Source of the DNA: Paraspadella gotoi | Lineage: Eukaryota; Animalia; Chaetognatha | Direction of reading: 5' to 3' | Length of the DNA stretch: 64,000 nucleotides | Assembly: GCA_051294375.1 (NCBI GenBank) | Contig: CM119269.1 | Location: 12,432,790-12,496,789 of the forward strand | Part shown: piece by piece, positions 1 through 45,375 of the stretch | How the letters are laid out: each line of letters starts with the position of its first letter | Position numbering within the stretch: the first letter of the stretch is position 1 | Made by a program: the position numbers and the translations under genes | The notes under the pieces: model-generated | The model's input: only the letters and a program-made list of their open reading frames with translations | Told to the model about the DNA's origin: nothing | Database searches by the model: none

Positions 1-698
1 GAGAGAGACAGAGAAAGAGAGAGAGTCCAAGCCCGGAGTCAAATACAGGAAGGAAAAAAATATCCCCACAGGAAGTCAGATCCAACGAAATCGAGCCTGG
101 AAGGATATCACGTAACCAAACACGTCACGTGACCAAACAAGCTCATGATAAAACAGTTTCACCAGGGAAAGGCTGATTAAAAGGGAGTACTTTCGGGCTA
201 CGGGCCAAGTTAATAATAATTCTATGATGCAATGGCTTCAATAAAGACAGTTCTTTTAAGCCACGGCTGCCTTAAAGACAGATTTACGATTAAACAACGA
301 AATGAAAGAATCAACAACTGAGTTAAAGATAGTTTCATGAAGTAATAGCGAAAGCTAAGTTAAGGATAGTTCCATTATGTAACAGCTAAGTTAAAGACAG
401 TTCAAGGAAGCGACAGCTAAGTTAAAGACGGTTCCTTTAAACGACGGCTCTGTAAAAGTCAGTTCTATAAGATGATATATAATGCTTGATAGATACAATA
501 AATTATTAAAAACAAATAAAGAATTAAACGAGTTTTAAGATAATTTTTTTTTGTTGCGCCTTTTGTTTTTCATCCCATTTTTTTCCTTTCGTAATTATTA
601 TCGTTCTAACGTTCGTCGTCGTCGTCATCGTCGTCTTCGTCATCGTCGTCGTCTCTTTCGTCGCCTTCGAAAAAAGCTTCGTCGCTAAAAGAAGCTGA
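1..698. repeat. Duplicate of 2318-3020, next to an N gap (699-709); includes a ~30-bp minisatellite (gctaagttaaagacagttc-like, ~240-460)
   Basis: Near-identical sequence at 2318-3020 differing mostly by single-base indels; the duplicate ends at the scaffold gap, so probably an assembly overlap. Confidence 0.85.
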
Positions 699-2247
699 AN
701 NNNNNNNNNAATCGGATCATCGACACGGGCTCATTGGTCCATTCCGATGGTGACTCATCCAATCAGCGGTTGATTTCGTCCGTTTTTGGTTCCGATTCCA
801 TCTCCGATGTGTTCAAAAGTCTTTAATTCATCCACGAGATTCGCTCCTACAAATATGTATATCTTTAAAAATCCATTATAACACAATCATTTCACAGAAA
901 TCGTCTTTCACGGTATTTTTTTTTCAATTTCTTTTTTTTTCTCCTCTCATTAACGTCTGATTATTTATGAAGTCGATAATTCGTAATAGGGAAAGAAAAA
1001 TGAGGACATTTATCGCCTTGTATCATGGCTTAGGTTTAATGCTGGGACTTATTCGTAAGAGATGAGAATATGAATGATAATTTAGGTGTTATGGTATTTC
1101 TTTTAGCTGACGGGCTGATTGGTATATTATTGTCTACTATACACTTCTAGGAAATTAAATATATATATTCACTTAATTATCTCCCGATTCATTTATTGAC
1201 ATGGGGAATCATTAATTCATTTATTGATTATTTTAATCCTTTGTTAGTTAATTTATTTACTACTTAATATTTCTACCTATTCACTATTCATTTACCTCAC
1301 GATCAAATTATTTATTCATTCATTTAACTATTCATATATTCATCCATTCATTTATTCGCCAAAACTTTTGACAAAAGCGGTCCTCTACGGTGATTCGCAC
1401 GTACATCGCACGTACATCGCACACAGTTGTAGACATCGTCGGTCGCGTGCGATCGCGCGTAAACAAAACTCGGTTTCTCTCCGAGTGAAAGCACGAGCTC
1501 TGGTTTGGGCACCGCAAGGATGGCGCGTAGTATGCGAACAACCATCCGTGAATGAGAGAGAGAGAGACGCAGAGAGAGAGAGGAGTGAGAGATAGTCGAG
1601 AGAGAGAGCAGGAAGGAGAGAGAGATGAGAGAGAGAGAGAGAGAGAGCCGAGAGAGATGAGAGAAGAGAGAGAGCAGACTGAGAGAGAGAGAGAGAGAGA
1701 GGAAAATAAACGATGATGATAAATGGAGAATAAAACGGGATCGTGAAGATGCAATGAGTTGCAGCGAGAATCTACGTATTGTTTTCTTTATCTAAAATAA
1801 ATTTAAACAAAATAAAAATAAAATCACTTATCATTTATTTCATTTCATGAAATTGGTACAAACATTACAAGCATAAGTGTAAACTGTAAAGTTGTGTACA
1901 ATTTTTTTTTTGGTACCAGTAATTTAAAACTTCAAATGAAATAAACCAGCAGAATAAATATTAATTAATGAGCGTTCTAGTTTATTTATTAAAGTGCTTT
2001 TTCAAAGAACAAGAACAACAGTTTAGCTATCGATTGATTTGAAAATAAAAATATTTTCGTAAATATAAAAAAGCAATATAAACATGAATCAATAAATAAA
2101 AGTGTCGCAGTGCAGAGACTGAGAGAGTAAAAAGGCGCATAAGAATAAAAAAAATTGAAAATCAATAACATCTCCAAGCAAAAGGGACAAATAAAACCCG
2201 GACATGGTGTCTGCTGACGACGTCAGAGAGCGAGGGGGAGAAGAGAG

Positions 2248-2321
<74 letters not shown>

Positions 2322-3087
2322 GAGAAAGAGAGAGAGTCCCAAGCCCGGAGTCAAATACAGGAAGGAAAAATATCCCCACAGGAAGTCAGATCCAACGAAA
2401 TCGAGCCCGGAAGGATATCACGTAACCAAACACGTCACGTGACCAAACAAGGCTCATGATAAAAACAGTTTCACCAGGGAAAAGGCTGATTAAAAGGGAG
2501 TCTTTCGGGCTAACGGGCCCAATGTTAAATAATAATTTATGATGCAAATGGCTTCAATAAAGACAGTTCTTATTTAAGCCACGGCTGCCTTAAAGACAGA
2601 TTTACGATTAAACACCGAAATGAAGAATCACAACTGAGTTAAAGATAGTATTCATGAAGTAATAGCGAAAGCTAAGTTAAGGATAGTTCCATTATGTAAC
2701 AGCTAAGTTAAAGACAGTTCAATGGAAGCGACAGAGCTAAGTTAAAGACGACGGATTCTTTAAAGACGGCTCTGTAAAAGTCAGTTCTATAAGATGATAT
2801 ATAATGCTTGATAGTACAATTAAATTATTAAAACAAATAAAGAATTAAACGAGTTTTAAGATAATTTTTTTTTGTTGCGCCTTTTGTTTTTTCATCCATT
2901 TTTTTCCTTTCGTAATTATTATCGTTCTAACGTTCGTCGTCAGTCGTGCATCGTCGTCTTAGTCATCGTCGTCGTCTCTTTCGTCGCCTTCGAAAAAAGC
3001 TTCGTCGCTAAAAGAAGCTGAAAGGCTCTGGAGACGCTTGTCCCATAACCTCTTCTTCTCTTCTCTCTCTCTCTCTCTCTCGTCTCT

Positions 3088-3130
<43 letters not shown>

Positions 3131-3392
3131 TTTTCTTCTCTCTCTATCTCTCCTCACTTTTCTTCTCTCTCTCTCTCTACCGTGTCTCACTTTACTTTCT
3201 CCTCTCTCACTCCGCTCTCTCTCTCTCTTCATCTCTCTCTCTCCTCTCTACTATCTAGTCTTTGCTCTCTCTCTCTCACTTTATCTTTCTTTCTCTCTCT
3301 CTGTCTCTCTCTCTCTCTCTCTCTCATTCTCTCTTCTCTCTCTCTCTCTCATCTTATATCTTTCTCTCTCTCTCTCCCTCACTTTATATATA

Positions 3393-3423
<31 letters not shown>

Positions 3424-3508
3424 CTCTTTCTCTATGTCACTTTCTCTCTGTCGCCGCGGCGCAACTCTGGCGGGGGTCAACGCCAAACAATTTCTTGAAT
3501 GCTCTATC

Positions 3509-3562
<54 letters not shown>

Positions 3563-3842
3563 AGAGAGAAGAGAGAGAGAGAGAAAGAAAGAGAGAGAGA
3601 GAGAGAGAGCCTTTTTCTTTTAACCTTTTCGATTGCACCAAATTTTTTTGGCATTAGTTTGTTACGCTTCTTCTTTGTCCCCTCCTCCTCTTTCTCCTCC
3701 TCCTCCTCTTCCTCTTCCTCCTCCTATTCCATTTTTTCCCTTTTTTTCCTTTAAATTTATCGCGTAGTTTTGCTTTATTTCTCGACGTCCATTTTATACT
3801 AAAATACTTTGTATTTTTCCTCTCTTTTCGTTGCGAGTTTGA

Positions 3843-3994
3843 ATTTAAGAAAATATTTTTAATTGCAAAGACAACGATTTTTTATTGTTATTAAAACAAT
3901 GCTGATGAAGGCTCGAATTAAAGAGCCGAAACATGTACTGTTTTAATAACAATAAAAAATAGTTGTCCTTGCAATTAAAAATATTTTCTTAAAT
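3843..3994 (+). ncRNA. Penelope-type minimal hammerhead ribozyme motif inside a ~55-bp inverted repeat
   Basis: ctgatgaa-ggctc..gagcc-gaaa-catg-ta core at ~3902-3937, flanked by long inverted arms; 14-bp direct repeat atactaaaatactt at 3796-3809 and 3993-4006. Confidence 0.65.
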
Positions 3995-4297
3995 ACTAAA
4001 ATACTTCTGCAAATTTCTTTTTTAAATTAAAGAACTCTTGTTGAATGAGACATTTTTGTCACAAAAAAGCTTAAAATGAAATCTTGAAGATATGACGTAA
4101 TTACCTTTCCTTTCTTTTCTATTATCCCTTTCCCTATCTTTTCGTTTTCTTCCTCTTCCTTTTCCCCCCTTTTTTTCTTTTCCTTTTTCTTTCCAAAATT
4201 TTTGTCTGGGCCAACGAATTTCCCGCGAGGAACAAAAGAAGCCACTTAGGATTTAGACCCCCGAGGCAGAAATCAGTGACATTCAATTCTATCTCTT

Positions 4298-4342
<45 letters not shown>

Positions 4343-4962
4343 CTTTTTTTTTCTTTGTTTCTTTTTTTCTTTCATTTTTTTTCTATTTATTTTTCTCTCT
4401 CTCTCTCTTTCTCTCTTTCTCTCTTTCTCCCTCACACTCTCTCCGTCTCTCCCTCTCACTCTCCCTCTCTCTCTCTGTCTCTCCCTCTCACTCTCCCTCT
4501 CTCTCTCTGTCTCTCCCTCTCACTCTCCCTCTCTCTATCTGTCTCTCTTTGAAAAAGTCGGTCTTTATTTCAACGTTCCGGAGGAGGCGGACTTTGGCGC
4601 GTCTCTCGCCGTCCCTTTCCTCTGAAGGAAATTCCTCGTTTGTCATCGGTTGTTTGAAGACTGACTGACCGACTGCCTGACTGACCTACTGAATGAAGAA
4701 GGAAAAAGGAAATAGGAGGAATGAGAGAGAAGAGGGAGAGAGGAGAGAGAGAGAGAGAGGAGAGAGAGAGAAGAGAGAGAGAGAGAAGAGAAGAGAGAGG
4801 AGAAAAACAGGAGGGAGAAAGAGGAAAGACATTAGACATACATATTAACGGAAGACAGAGGGTGCTATATGAAATTGCGTACAACAATATAAAAATTATC
4901 CATCCATTCCACAAAATAAGCTATCCCGCCCCCGACCCCGGACAGAGATACAGAGATAGATT

Positions 4963-5000
<38 letters not shown>

Positions 5001-5281
5001 CGGATAGACAGGGTATCACTGATAGAGAGAGAGAAAGAGAGAGTGCACTAGATGTGAACCTAAGTGTCGACTGACGACCGACCGACCAGTCCTTCACGCG
5101 GGCGACGTCGCCATTAAATCGTAATTAGAATTAAACTTTACATCAGAGAAACAAAAAACGATAGAGAGCGAGAAACAAATGAAGGAGACGGAGTCGATCT
5201 AAAGCCTTACCTTTTTCTCCCCCCCCCCCTCCGTCCCCCTACCTTCTACCCACCCAACCCCCGACCACCTCCATCTCTCAG

Positions 5282-34988
<29,707 letters not shown>

Positions 34989-37539
34989 TTCCATCTTTTT
35001 TTAGGAGGTTCCATCCTTAGGGAATATTTTAATCGATCGGAAACTAAATTTAAAAAAAAATTGTTATTTGAATGAATTTTTCCGTAGTTTCATTAAATCG
35101 TGTAGTGCATATGTATGTGTTTATAAAAACTTTATTAGAAGCTAATTAATAAATTATGAAATTATACTGCATGGTCTTTAAAAGGTACAAATTAGAGAAC
35201 GCTATCAAAACTATTCTCTCTGCTGGACTAGGGAGAAGGCATTTTAGTTGAAAAAGTGTGCGCGCATTACGTACATCAGTAATTTGGTTTTATTTACTTA
35301 CTTATTTACTTTACAGTCAACAACTCTGTTTAAAAATTTGCAATGCAAACTTTCAATAGCTCAATAGCTCATTAAGATCTGGCCTATTTCAAGTTTCTGA
35401 GCTCGCGAAAAATAATGACACCTCGTCAAATGTCGCTCTTTTACACTTCCTCATTGTCATTCGCTCTCAAATAGAAATTTAAACAATCAGCCATTCATTC
35501 CATTGCAGTATTACGGCATTCATCACAGGCATACTGGAGCTAGAGAGTATAAAGGATGATTCTTAAATCTTTATTTTATTACTTTTTTAAATTCTAGACT
35601 TTTACAGTAATTTCATTCAACTAGTAATGAAAAATACCTTTTTCTACATTCTTTATTTTAAGTTCCTATTGAAATAAATTACTTGATAGTCCTGACAGAA
35701 AATTGACATCATTCGTGTCACCCACATTGATGGAGCGAAATTTTTTGTTGAGCTGAAATACTAAATGTTCAATTGTTTATGCTCTGAATGAATTTAGCAT
35801 AGCTTCATGTTTTTAACATTTTTTGATCGTACTATTTTAATTGTTAAATAACGAAAATTGATGACAAAAAATTATTTTCCTAAATCGAAAGTTTTATAAT
35901 TTTTTTACATAAATTGAAGTAATTGTATCATCTTGAGATGACTTTACTGTTGAATTCTATGTATTAGTGATACATGAATAATCCGTATTATGCGATTAAA
36001 AAGTTGTTTGCTTGCCTTTAATTATGAATTAAAACATCGTTGTCCTTTCAAATCAATTTTTTAAATGCAGATATAGAATCAAGAGACATAAAAGAGATCA
36101 TACCACGCATATATATTTATACAGTCTTGTGCAAAAAAAAGAAAACACTGTTAAATTTTGAATTACGAGCGTTTTAAGCATGTATTTAAAAAAAAAATTA
36201 AATGTTAAATTTAGATTTTTTAAAGGGGAATCTATATGTAAATATATGTATGTGTAAATATAATACCAATTTCATAAAACAAAATCGGCCAAGTCATTCA
36301 AGAGAGACAAGTGGTCAAAATCAATATGGGGAAAAAAACATTTTTGAAGATTTGCAGAAAACCGAAGATGCCATTCAGCCTTAATTTTTGGGCGTTGCAA
36401 TCATCTATCCAAAAAGTTAAAAAAATAAAAATGGGAAATATTGATTTTTGAAAGAGAAATCAATACGTGTCAATTAAATAAAGTCGGTTCAGACATTCAA
36501 GGTTAAAAATGCGTCAATTTTCTTCTTCTCTAACTCTGTGTAGTTATTTTTTTTAAATAATTGCTTACAAAGGGATGACTGAATTTTAACCAAATTTTCA
36601 CTAATAATTCATTTTTCTATGAACATTATTGATTTATAATAAAGGAATAAAAGAATGTTGTCCTCAACAAAACAAATATACCATTTCAGGTGGGGAAAAA
36701 TTGGTCAATTGAAATTATGGATAAATGATAAACTGTAGTGGATTATATGACTTATGGATAGTTTTTTACCTTGTTATTAATAATCTTACAGCATTTTAAA
36801 TTTAATGCAAAGAATATCTTGCATATATTTTATTGTACTCGCCCCCTTAGTTCATTTTATTTAATACCAATTATCGGTTGATACACAGCTGAGATTACGC
36901 AGACTTAAGGCATGGTACTCTTTCATAGCAACCGAGACGCACGAGGGAGGATGAAAGGAAAATGCGGACCTCAGTGAAGCCTAAGTAGGACAAGAGAAAG
37001 AAAAAGATAAACGAAAAAATGAATAGATGAGAAACCAAAACTGGAGAGAAAGTATTCGTTTGAAACACGACTCATTTTTCATGGTCAGTCAGCGGCTCCT
37101 TGTCTTTCGCTTCCTTCATCTATCGCTCGCTTCCAACAGAAGATTTGACCTTCCAAAGTTAATGATCGGAATTGAGGAAATACTTCTAAAAGTTTTTAGA
37201 TTATTTTAATATTGATATGGTTTATAAATAAAAACATTTTAAAATTATCTAGTCAGAAAAATATATAGATCAAGAAAAATTTACAACCCTTCAAAAAGCA
37301 AATTTTAATTCTCTTTAATATAACTTAATGGAAGCATGCGCAAAAACAAGTTATAAAAATGTTTATATTCTGTTTTCTACGAATTATAAATAGATAAAAA
37401 ATATATGTCACGCTGTCAATACATGCAATGCTACTCTATCAAATTTCCTGAATAATTATGAGACTAATTGCATTCAACTTACTTGTTTTACTGTCCTCAT
37501 TCTAATTCGATATACTAACAACTGGGCAAAAATACTCGC

Positions 37540-37830
37540 ACATGTGAAATGCGTTGTTTTTTTGTCGAACCGAACCTCTTCCAACAAAGCGACATCTGTG
37601 GCCGATTCGAAGAGGCCGTAAACGATGTCGCTGTCTTCTCTCTTTCCGACGGGCGACGCATGCGCCGCCGTCGAAGCGGTTCGCCTCGCCTCGCCTCGCC
37701 TCTGCCGCCGTGACACGTGTGTGCCCAAAGAATGAGACACGCCGGTGACTCGAGTCACTCTCTCTTCGCGCCTCTTTATAACCAAAGCATTTTCCTTCGC
37801 TTAAAGTTTTTTCTCGATTCCATCAACAAA
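37540..37830 (+). promoter_or_regulatory. Putative promoter of the housekeeping-gene cluster
   Basis: CpG-rich patch, perfect palindrome gtgactcgagtcac (37745-37758), TATAA at 37777, pyrimidine tract ~30 nt downstream; probable 5' UTR intron 37978-38086 (gtatgt..ttacag). Confidence 0.45.
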
Positions 37831-38182
37831 ATATTTGGTTTCTTTTTTATTTTCCTTTTCTCGGGGCGTTTCTCCATCGAAAAAAAGTCGGCATATGGCT
37901 GGCTGACTGCCTCTCACGTGTTGAAAATTTTTGCAACCTAACCGACAGCCTTAAGCCATTTTTTTTCTTTTTTGGTCGTATGTTTCTTCGTTTCGCAATC
38001 GGACATTGTCTATATCATTTGCGTTTCATGTGAATGTGTTCACACGCGGGTTTTTTTTCCTAACTGTTCTCGTTCTTTTCTTACAGGGCGTGAAGATCTC
38101 TTTAAGTTCGTTCCGCTCTTTAATTAAAACTTTGCTAATACTCCAAAGATTTTGCGTATTTAAAATCGCTTAAACCCAAAAA

Positions 38183-41100
38183 ATGCCGAAAGAAAAGGTT
38201 CACATCAACATCGTCGTCATCGGCCATGTCGACTCCGGGAAATCCACCACGACTGGTCATCTGATCTACAAATGCGGTGGCATTGACAAACGTGTCATCG
38301 AGAAGTTCGAGAAGGAAGCCCAGGAGGTGAGTCTACTTCTGAAGATGTTCTAATTTGTATCCAGTTTTTTTTATATGATTATATTTCATTATTATATATC
38401 AGATGGGCAAAGGTTCCTTCAAGTATGCTTGGGTTTTGGACAAGCTAAAGGCCGAGCGTGAGCGTGGTATCACCATTGACATCGCCCTGTGGAAGTTCCA
38501 GACCGATAACTTTTACATCACCATTATTGACGCTCCGGGTCACAGGTAGTTTCCTTATTTTCTAACTGACTTGAAATTTTTTTAACTGCAGTTAAAGAGC
38601 ATTTAGGTTTTATTCCTATTTCTTTTTCCTAGGGATTTCATCAAAAACATGATTACCGGTACCTCTCAAGCCGATTGCGCTGTTCTGATTGTTGCTGCCG
38701 GAACTGGTGCGTATTTAATCAGTTGCTAAATATATCATTTTATGGCTAATCTTTCTTCTACTTAACCATTTTTTTCTTCAGGCGAGTTTGAGGCTGGCAT
38801 CTCTAAAGAAGGTCAGACGCGCGAGCACGCTCTTCTCGCTTACACCCTGGGAGTTAAACAACTCATCGTTGGCGTTAACAAGATGGACACGACGGCTCCC
38901 AAGCCTTACAGCGAAGAGCGTTTCTTGGAAATCCGTAAGGAGGTTCAAAATTACATCAAGAAGATCGGTTACAATCCCAAGGAGGTCATATTTTGCCCCA
39001 TTTCTGGCTGGCATGGAGATAACATGCTGGAAAAGTCTGAGAAGATGACGTGGTGGGCTAGTGTAAGTTCAAAACACTATTTGTATTGGATTAGTACTTG
39101 TCTGTTGGCGCTCTTTTCAATTACATTATTACTTGGCCTTTAGGGTTATGGTGATGGCAAGAAAGAGAAGGGCTGGGCCAAGGAAACTAAGGAAGGTGGT
39201 GCCAAGTCTGGCATGACCCTCATTGATGCTCTGGACTCAATCAACCCACCCAAGCGTCCCACTGACAAGCCTCTTCGTCTCCTCTGCAAGATGTTTACAA
39301 AATTGGTGGAATTGGCACAGTGCCTGTTGGTGAGGCTCTTTAAAACTAAATTCCTGATGCAGACTAGAAGCTGTTAACTTTTGACAGTTTCTCTATTAAG
39401 TCAGGAATATCAAAATTAAGCTTATCGCGTGATCTATGGCATACTTATTGCAATGATAGGTTACCCCGTGGCTTACTCACAATAAAATGGCTTCTCTGGT
39501 ACCATCTTTTATTTCCTAATCTTTTTTCTTATTTCTAGGCCGTGTTGAAACTGGCAAACTCAAACCCGGCATGGTGGTTAATTTTGCTCCAGCCAATGTT
39601 ACCACTGAGGTTAGTAAAAATATTTTCTTAGATTTTTTTTCCCTTAGACACGATCAGTTAAGGGTTTACCTGCCCACTGATCAGCGAGAAGGGGCCCGGA
39701 ATAATAATGAAGAGATGCCCACCTCGCAGTGTCTTAAATCAATGCCTTCATTCTTTTGAATGATCTAGTATATTCCATAATGTTCCTTGAGCTCTATGGG
39801 CTATAACATGGGACATTGTCCATACTAGCAACAACCATTAATTAATTTTTACAGTGATGAGGTATTTAAATATCAAATTAATTATGTTAAAAAATTAATT
39901 TTAGGTAGCCATTTCTGATGAAATTTATATGCTATGTATACAGTATTAAAATAATTATGAGCATGGCTTATGGTATCAAAAATGCTTTTTTCTAAAGGTA
40001 CTAGCTTAATTAAAATTATATTACTATATAAAGATAGAAAAAAAAATTTAAATCTTACCTTTTTTTTATAGATTCTGATAAAGCATAAAAAGTTAAATAA
40101 AAAATATTAGTTTTTAAAATTTTTTGTTTTTTAAGTGATAATGTAAAAAAATTATGGTCTTCTTATTTTTGACTCGCTTATCATAAAAATATTTCCAGAA
40201 TTATACTTTGTGTAGACAACTTTTTATGAGCCATCTGGATTTAAAATTTCCAAAAAGGTATTTTGGCCTTTATCTACAAAAAAATATTAATAAATTAATT
40301 ACTTGGTATAGAGCCATGTAAGCATTTTTTTCCCCATTGAAAGTATACTTAAAAATGTATAAATTTTTATATGAGCCAGTACTTGCTCTCAATTTTTGAC
40401 TCACCCCATTGTGGCTACCCCTATTTCAGGTCAAGTCTGTGGAAATGCACCACGAGTCTTTGCCGAGGCTCTACCCGGAGACAACGTCGGTTTCAACGTA
40501 AAGAACGTCTCCGTTAAGGAGATCCGTCGTGGAAATGTCGCTTCTGACTCGAAGAACGACCCCGCCAAGGAGTGCAAGAACTTCATGGCTCAGGTAAATA
40601 GTTAACACATGTAATAATCAATATCTACAGAAATATTTAGTTGATTATAAACTACTGAGTAACCATTAATTCATTAACCGGTATTTTATTTAAGACAGGT
40701 TTTTATTTTTTTAATTTTTTTCATTCTCTTTTAGGTGATCGTTCTCAACCATCCTGGTCAGATTAAAAACGGGTATGCCCCTGTCATGGATTGCCACACC
40801 GCTCACATTGCTGTCAAGTTTGAAGAGATTCTTAAGCGGTAAGATTATAATCACTTAATGACCTTAAGCATCTCGTTAATTCGTATTTTAATTTTATAAT
40901 TTAGTTGTGATCGCCGTTCCGGCAAGGAGTTGGAGGCCTTCCCCAAAACAATCAAGAACGGTGACGCCGCCATCGTTGAAATGATTCCCTCAAAGCCAAT
41001 GGCGGTTTGAGGCCTTCCTCGGACTACCCCGCGCACTTCGAACGCACCCGATTCGCCGTTCGTGACATGAGGCAGACCGTCGCCGTCGGCGTCATCAAGC

Positions 41101-41253
41101 AGGTCAGTTCCGCTTTTCTATTCTTTGCCTTTTTTTTTCTTTTTACCTATTTGCCAACCGTTCACTTTTACCCTTTAACAACAGGTGACGAAGAAGGAAG
41201 CGGCGGGTGGCAAAGTGACAAAGGCCGCCGAAAAGGCGCAAAAGAAGAAGTGA
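38183..41253 (+). CDS. EEF1A: Elongation factor 1-alpha, copy 1 (10 exons; apparent frameshifts)
   Basis: [43 protein letters not shown]. Relative to copy 2, indels at ~39280, ~40465 and ~41005-41050 (assembly error or pseudogenisation). Confidence 0.9.
39351..39484 (+). ncRNA. Intronic H/ACA snoRNA
   Basis: Hairpin ttcctga/tcaggaa, H box ATATCA, hairpin taagc/gctta, ACA+3 nt; ~134 nt. Confidence 0.65.
39644..39836 (+). ncRNA. U17/SNORA73/snR30-like H/ACA snoRNA, copy 1
   Basis: Multibranch 5' domain closed by agacac/gtgtct, H box AAATCA, small internal hairpin, 3' hairpin ctagtat/atactag carrying ATATTCC (m1-like) and CCAT (m2-like), then ACA; nearly identical in the paralogous intron of EF1A copy 2. 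Confidence 0.75.
39904..40421. mobile_element. MITE with ggtagcc termini, inserted near the 3' end of an EF1A intron
   Basis: Ends ggtagcca..tggctacc flanked by TA; absent from the paralogous intron (56599-56891); relatives at ~54058-54668 and ~54840-55360. Confidence 0.65.
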
Positions 41254-41754
41254 CCAGTCGTGGGCGTGGCTGCCGATGCCGGCGCCGCCCGACACCCGAC
41301 GACGCGAAAACCGCGCAGACGTTCTCGCATCAAAGATACTTTTCGGCATATTTTTCCCTTTAAAAGAAAAGACTTTAATAGTATATTCGCGAAGCAAAAT
41401 AACTATTACTACAGTAGAAGTAAACGCCAAAAGGACTCGGCGGTGGCGAGGTCTTTTCATTCTCGAGTCTCCGCCATTTTGTTCTCAGTTCGATCTATGG
41501 ATAAGTTTTTGGCGCCCTCTTTGTTTAAGGTTAAGAGTCACAGAACTGAGGAATTTAGGATAGCAGAAAGTAATTTGTTTCGAATGTAACCCTTGAGATT
41601 GTTTTTTTTTTTTTTTTGGCTGCAGACGTAGCGTTTAAAGTTTGGTCTAAGCTTGATCGATTACATACCTTCGAGATTAACGATTATTATTCGCATTCCC
41701 TTTATTTAATTTTTCTTCGCGCTTAAACTTTTTCAAAATTTTCTTCAGATTTAA

Positions 41755-45067
<3,313 letters not shown>

Positions 45068-45375
45068 TCAGGTCCTAGGTCTCGCCACTCGCGCATTTAT
45101 TGACAATCTCCAAATGCTCGTTAAAAAGCTGTAACTTTTGATTATCAGCAACTATTTTAAACGCAATTTTACATATACTCATTCTTTTTTTAATTTTATA
45201 CTCAACCGTAACAACCTCCTTGCCATAATTGATTCTTCTTCAGTGCATTGTTATTTTTCAAATTATATGTTATATTGTTATTTTTAAAAACCGCGTTAAC
45301 TTATTTTTCCTAATCATGAAGAGTTAACGATTGAACTTTTTTTCACAGATTAATAAATTGAGGTTAATATTTAAA

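Noticed and set aside
240-460. CRISPR-like spaced repeats
   Set aside because: Degenerate ~30-bp tandem minisatellite without unique spacers or cas genes, in a eukaryotic context.
607-698. Minus-strand acidic terminal exon (SDEAFFEGDERDDDD..*)
   Set aside because: Mostly a (GAC)n repeat with no supporting upstream exons identified.
1-3020. Apparent ~700-bp tandem duplication
   Set aside because: Abuts an N gap and differs mostly by indels; most likely an assembly overlap.
39854-39900. Box C-like GTGATGA after the U17-like RNA
   Set aside because: No box D at a suitable distance in the paralogous intron and no rRNA antisense element seen.
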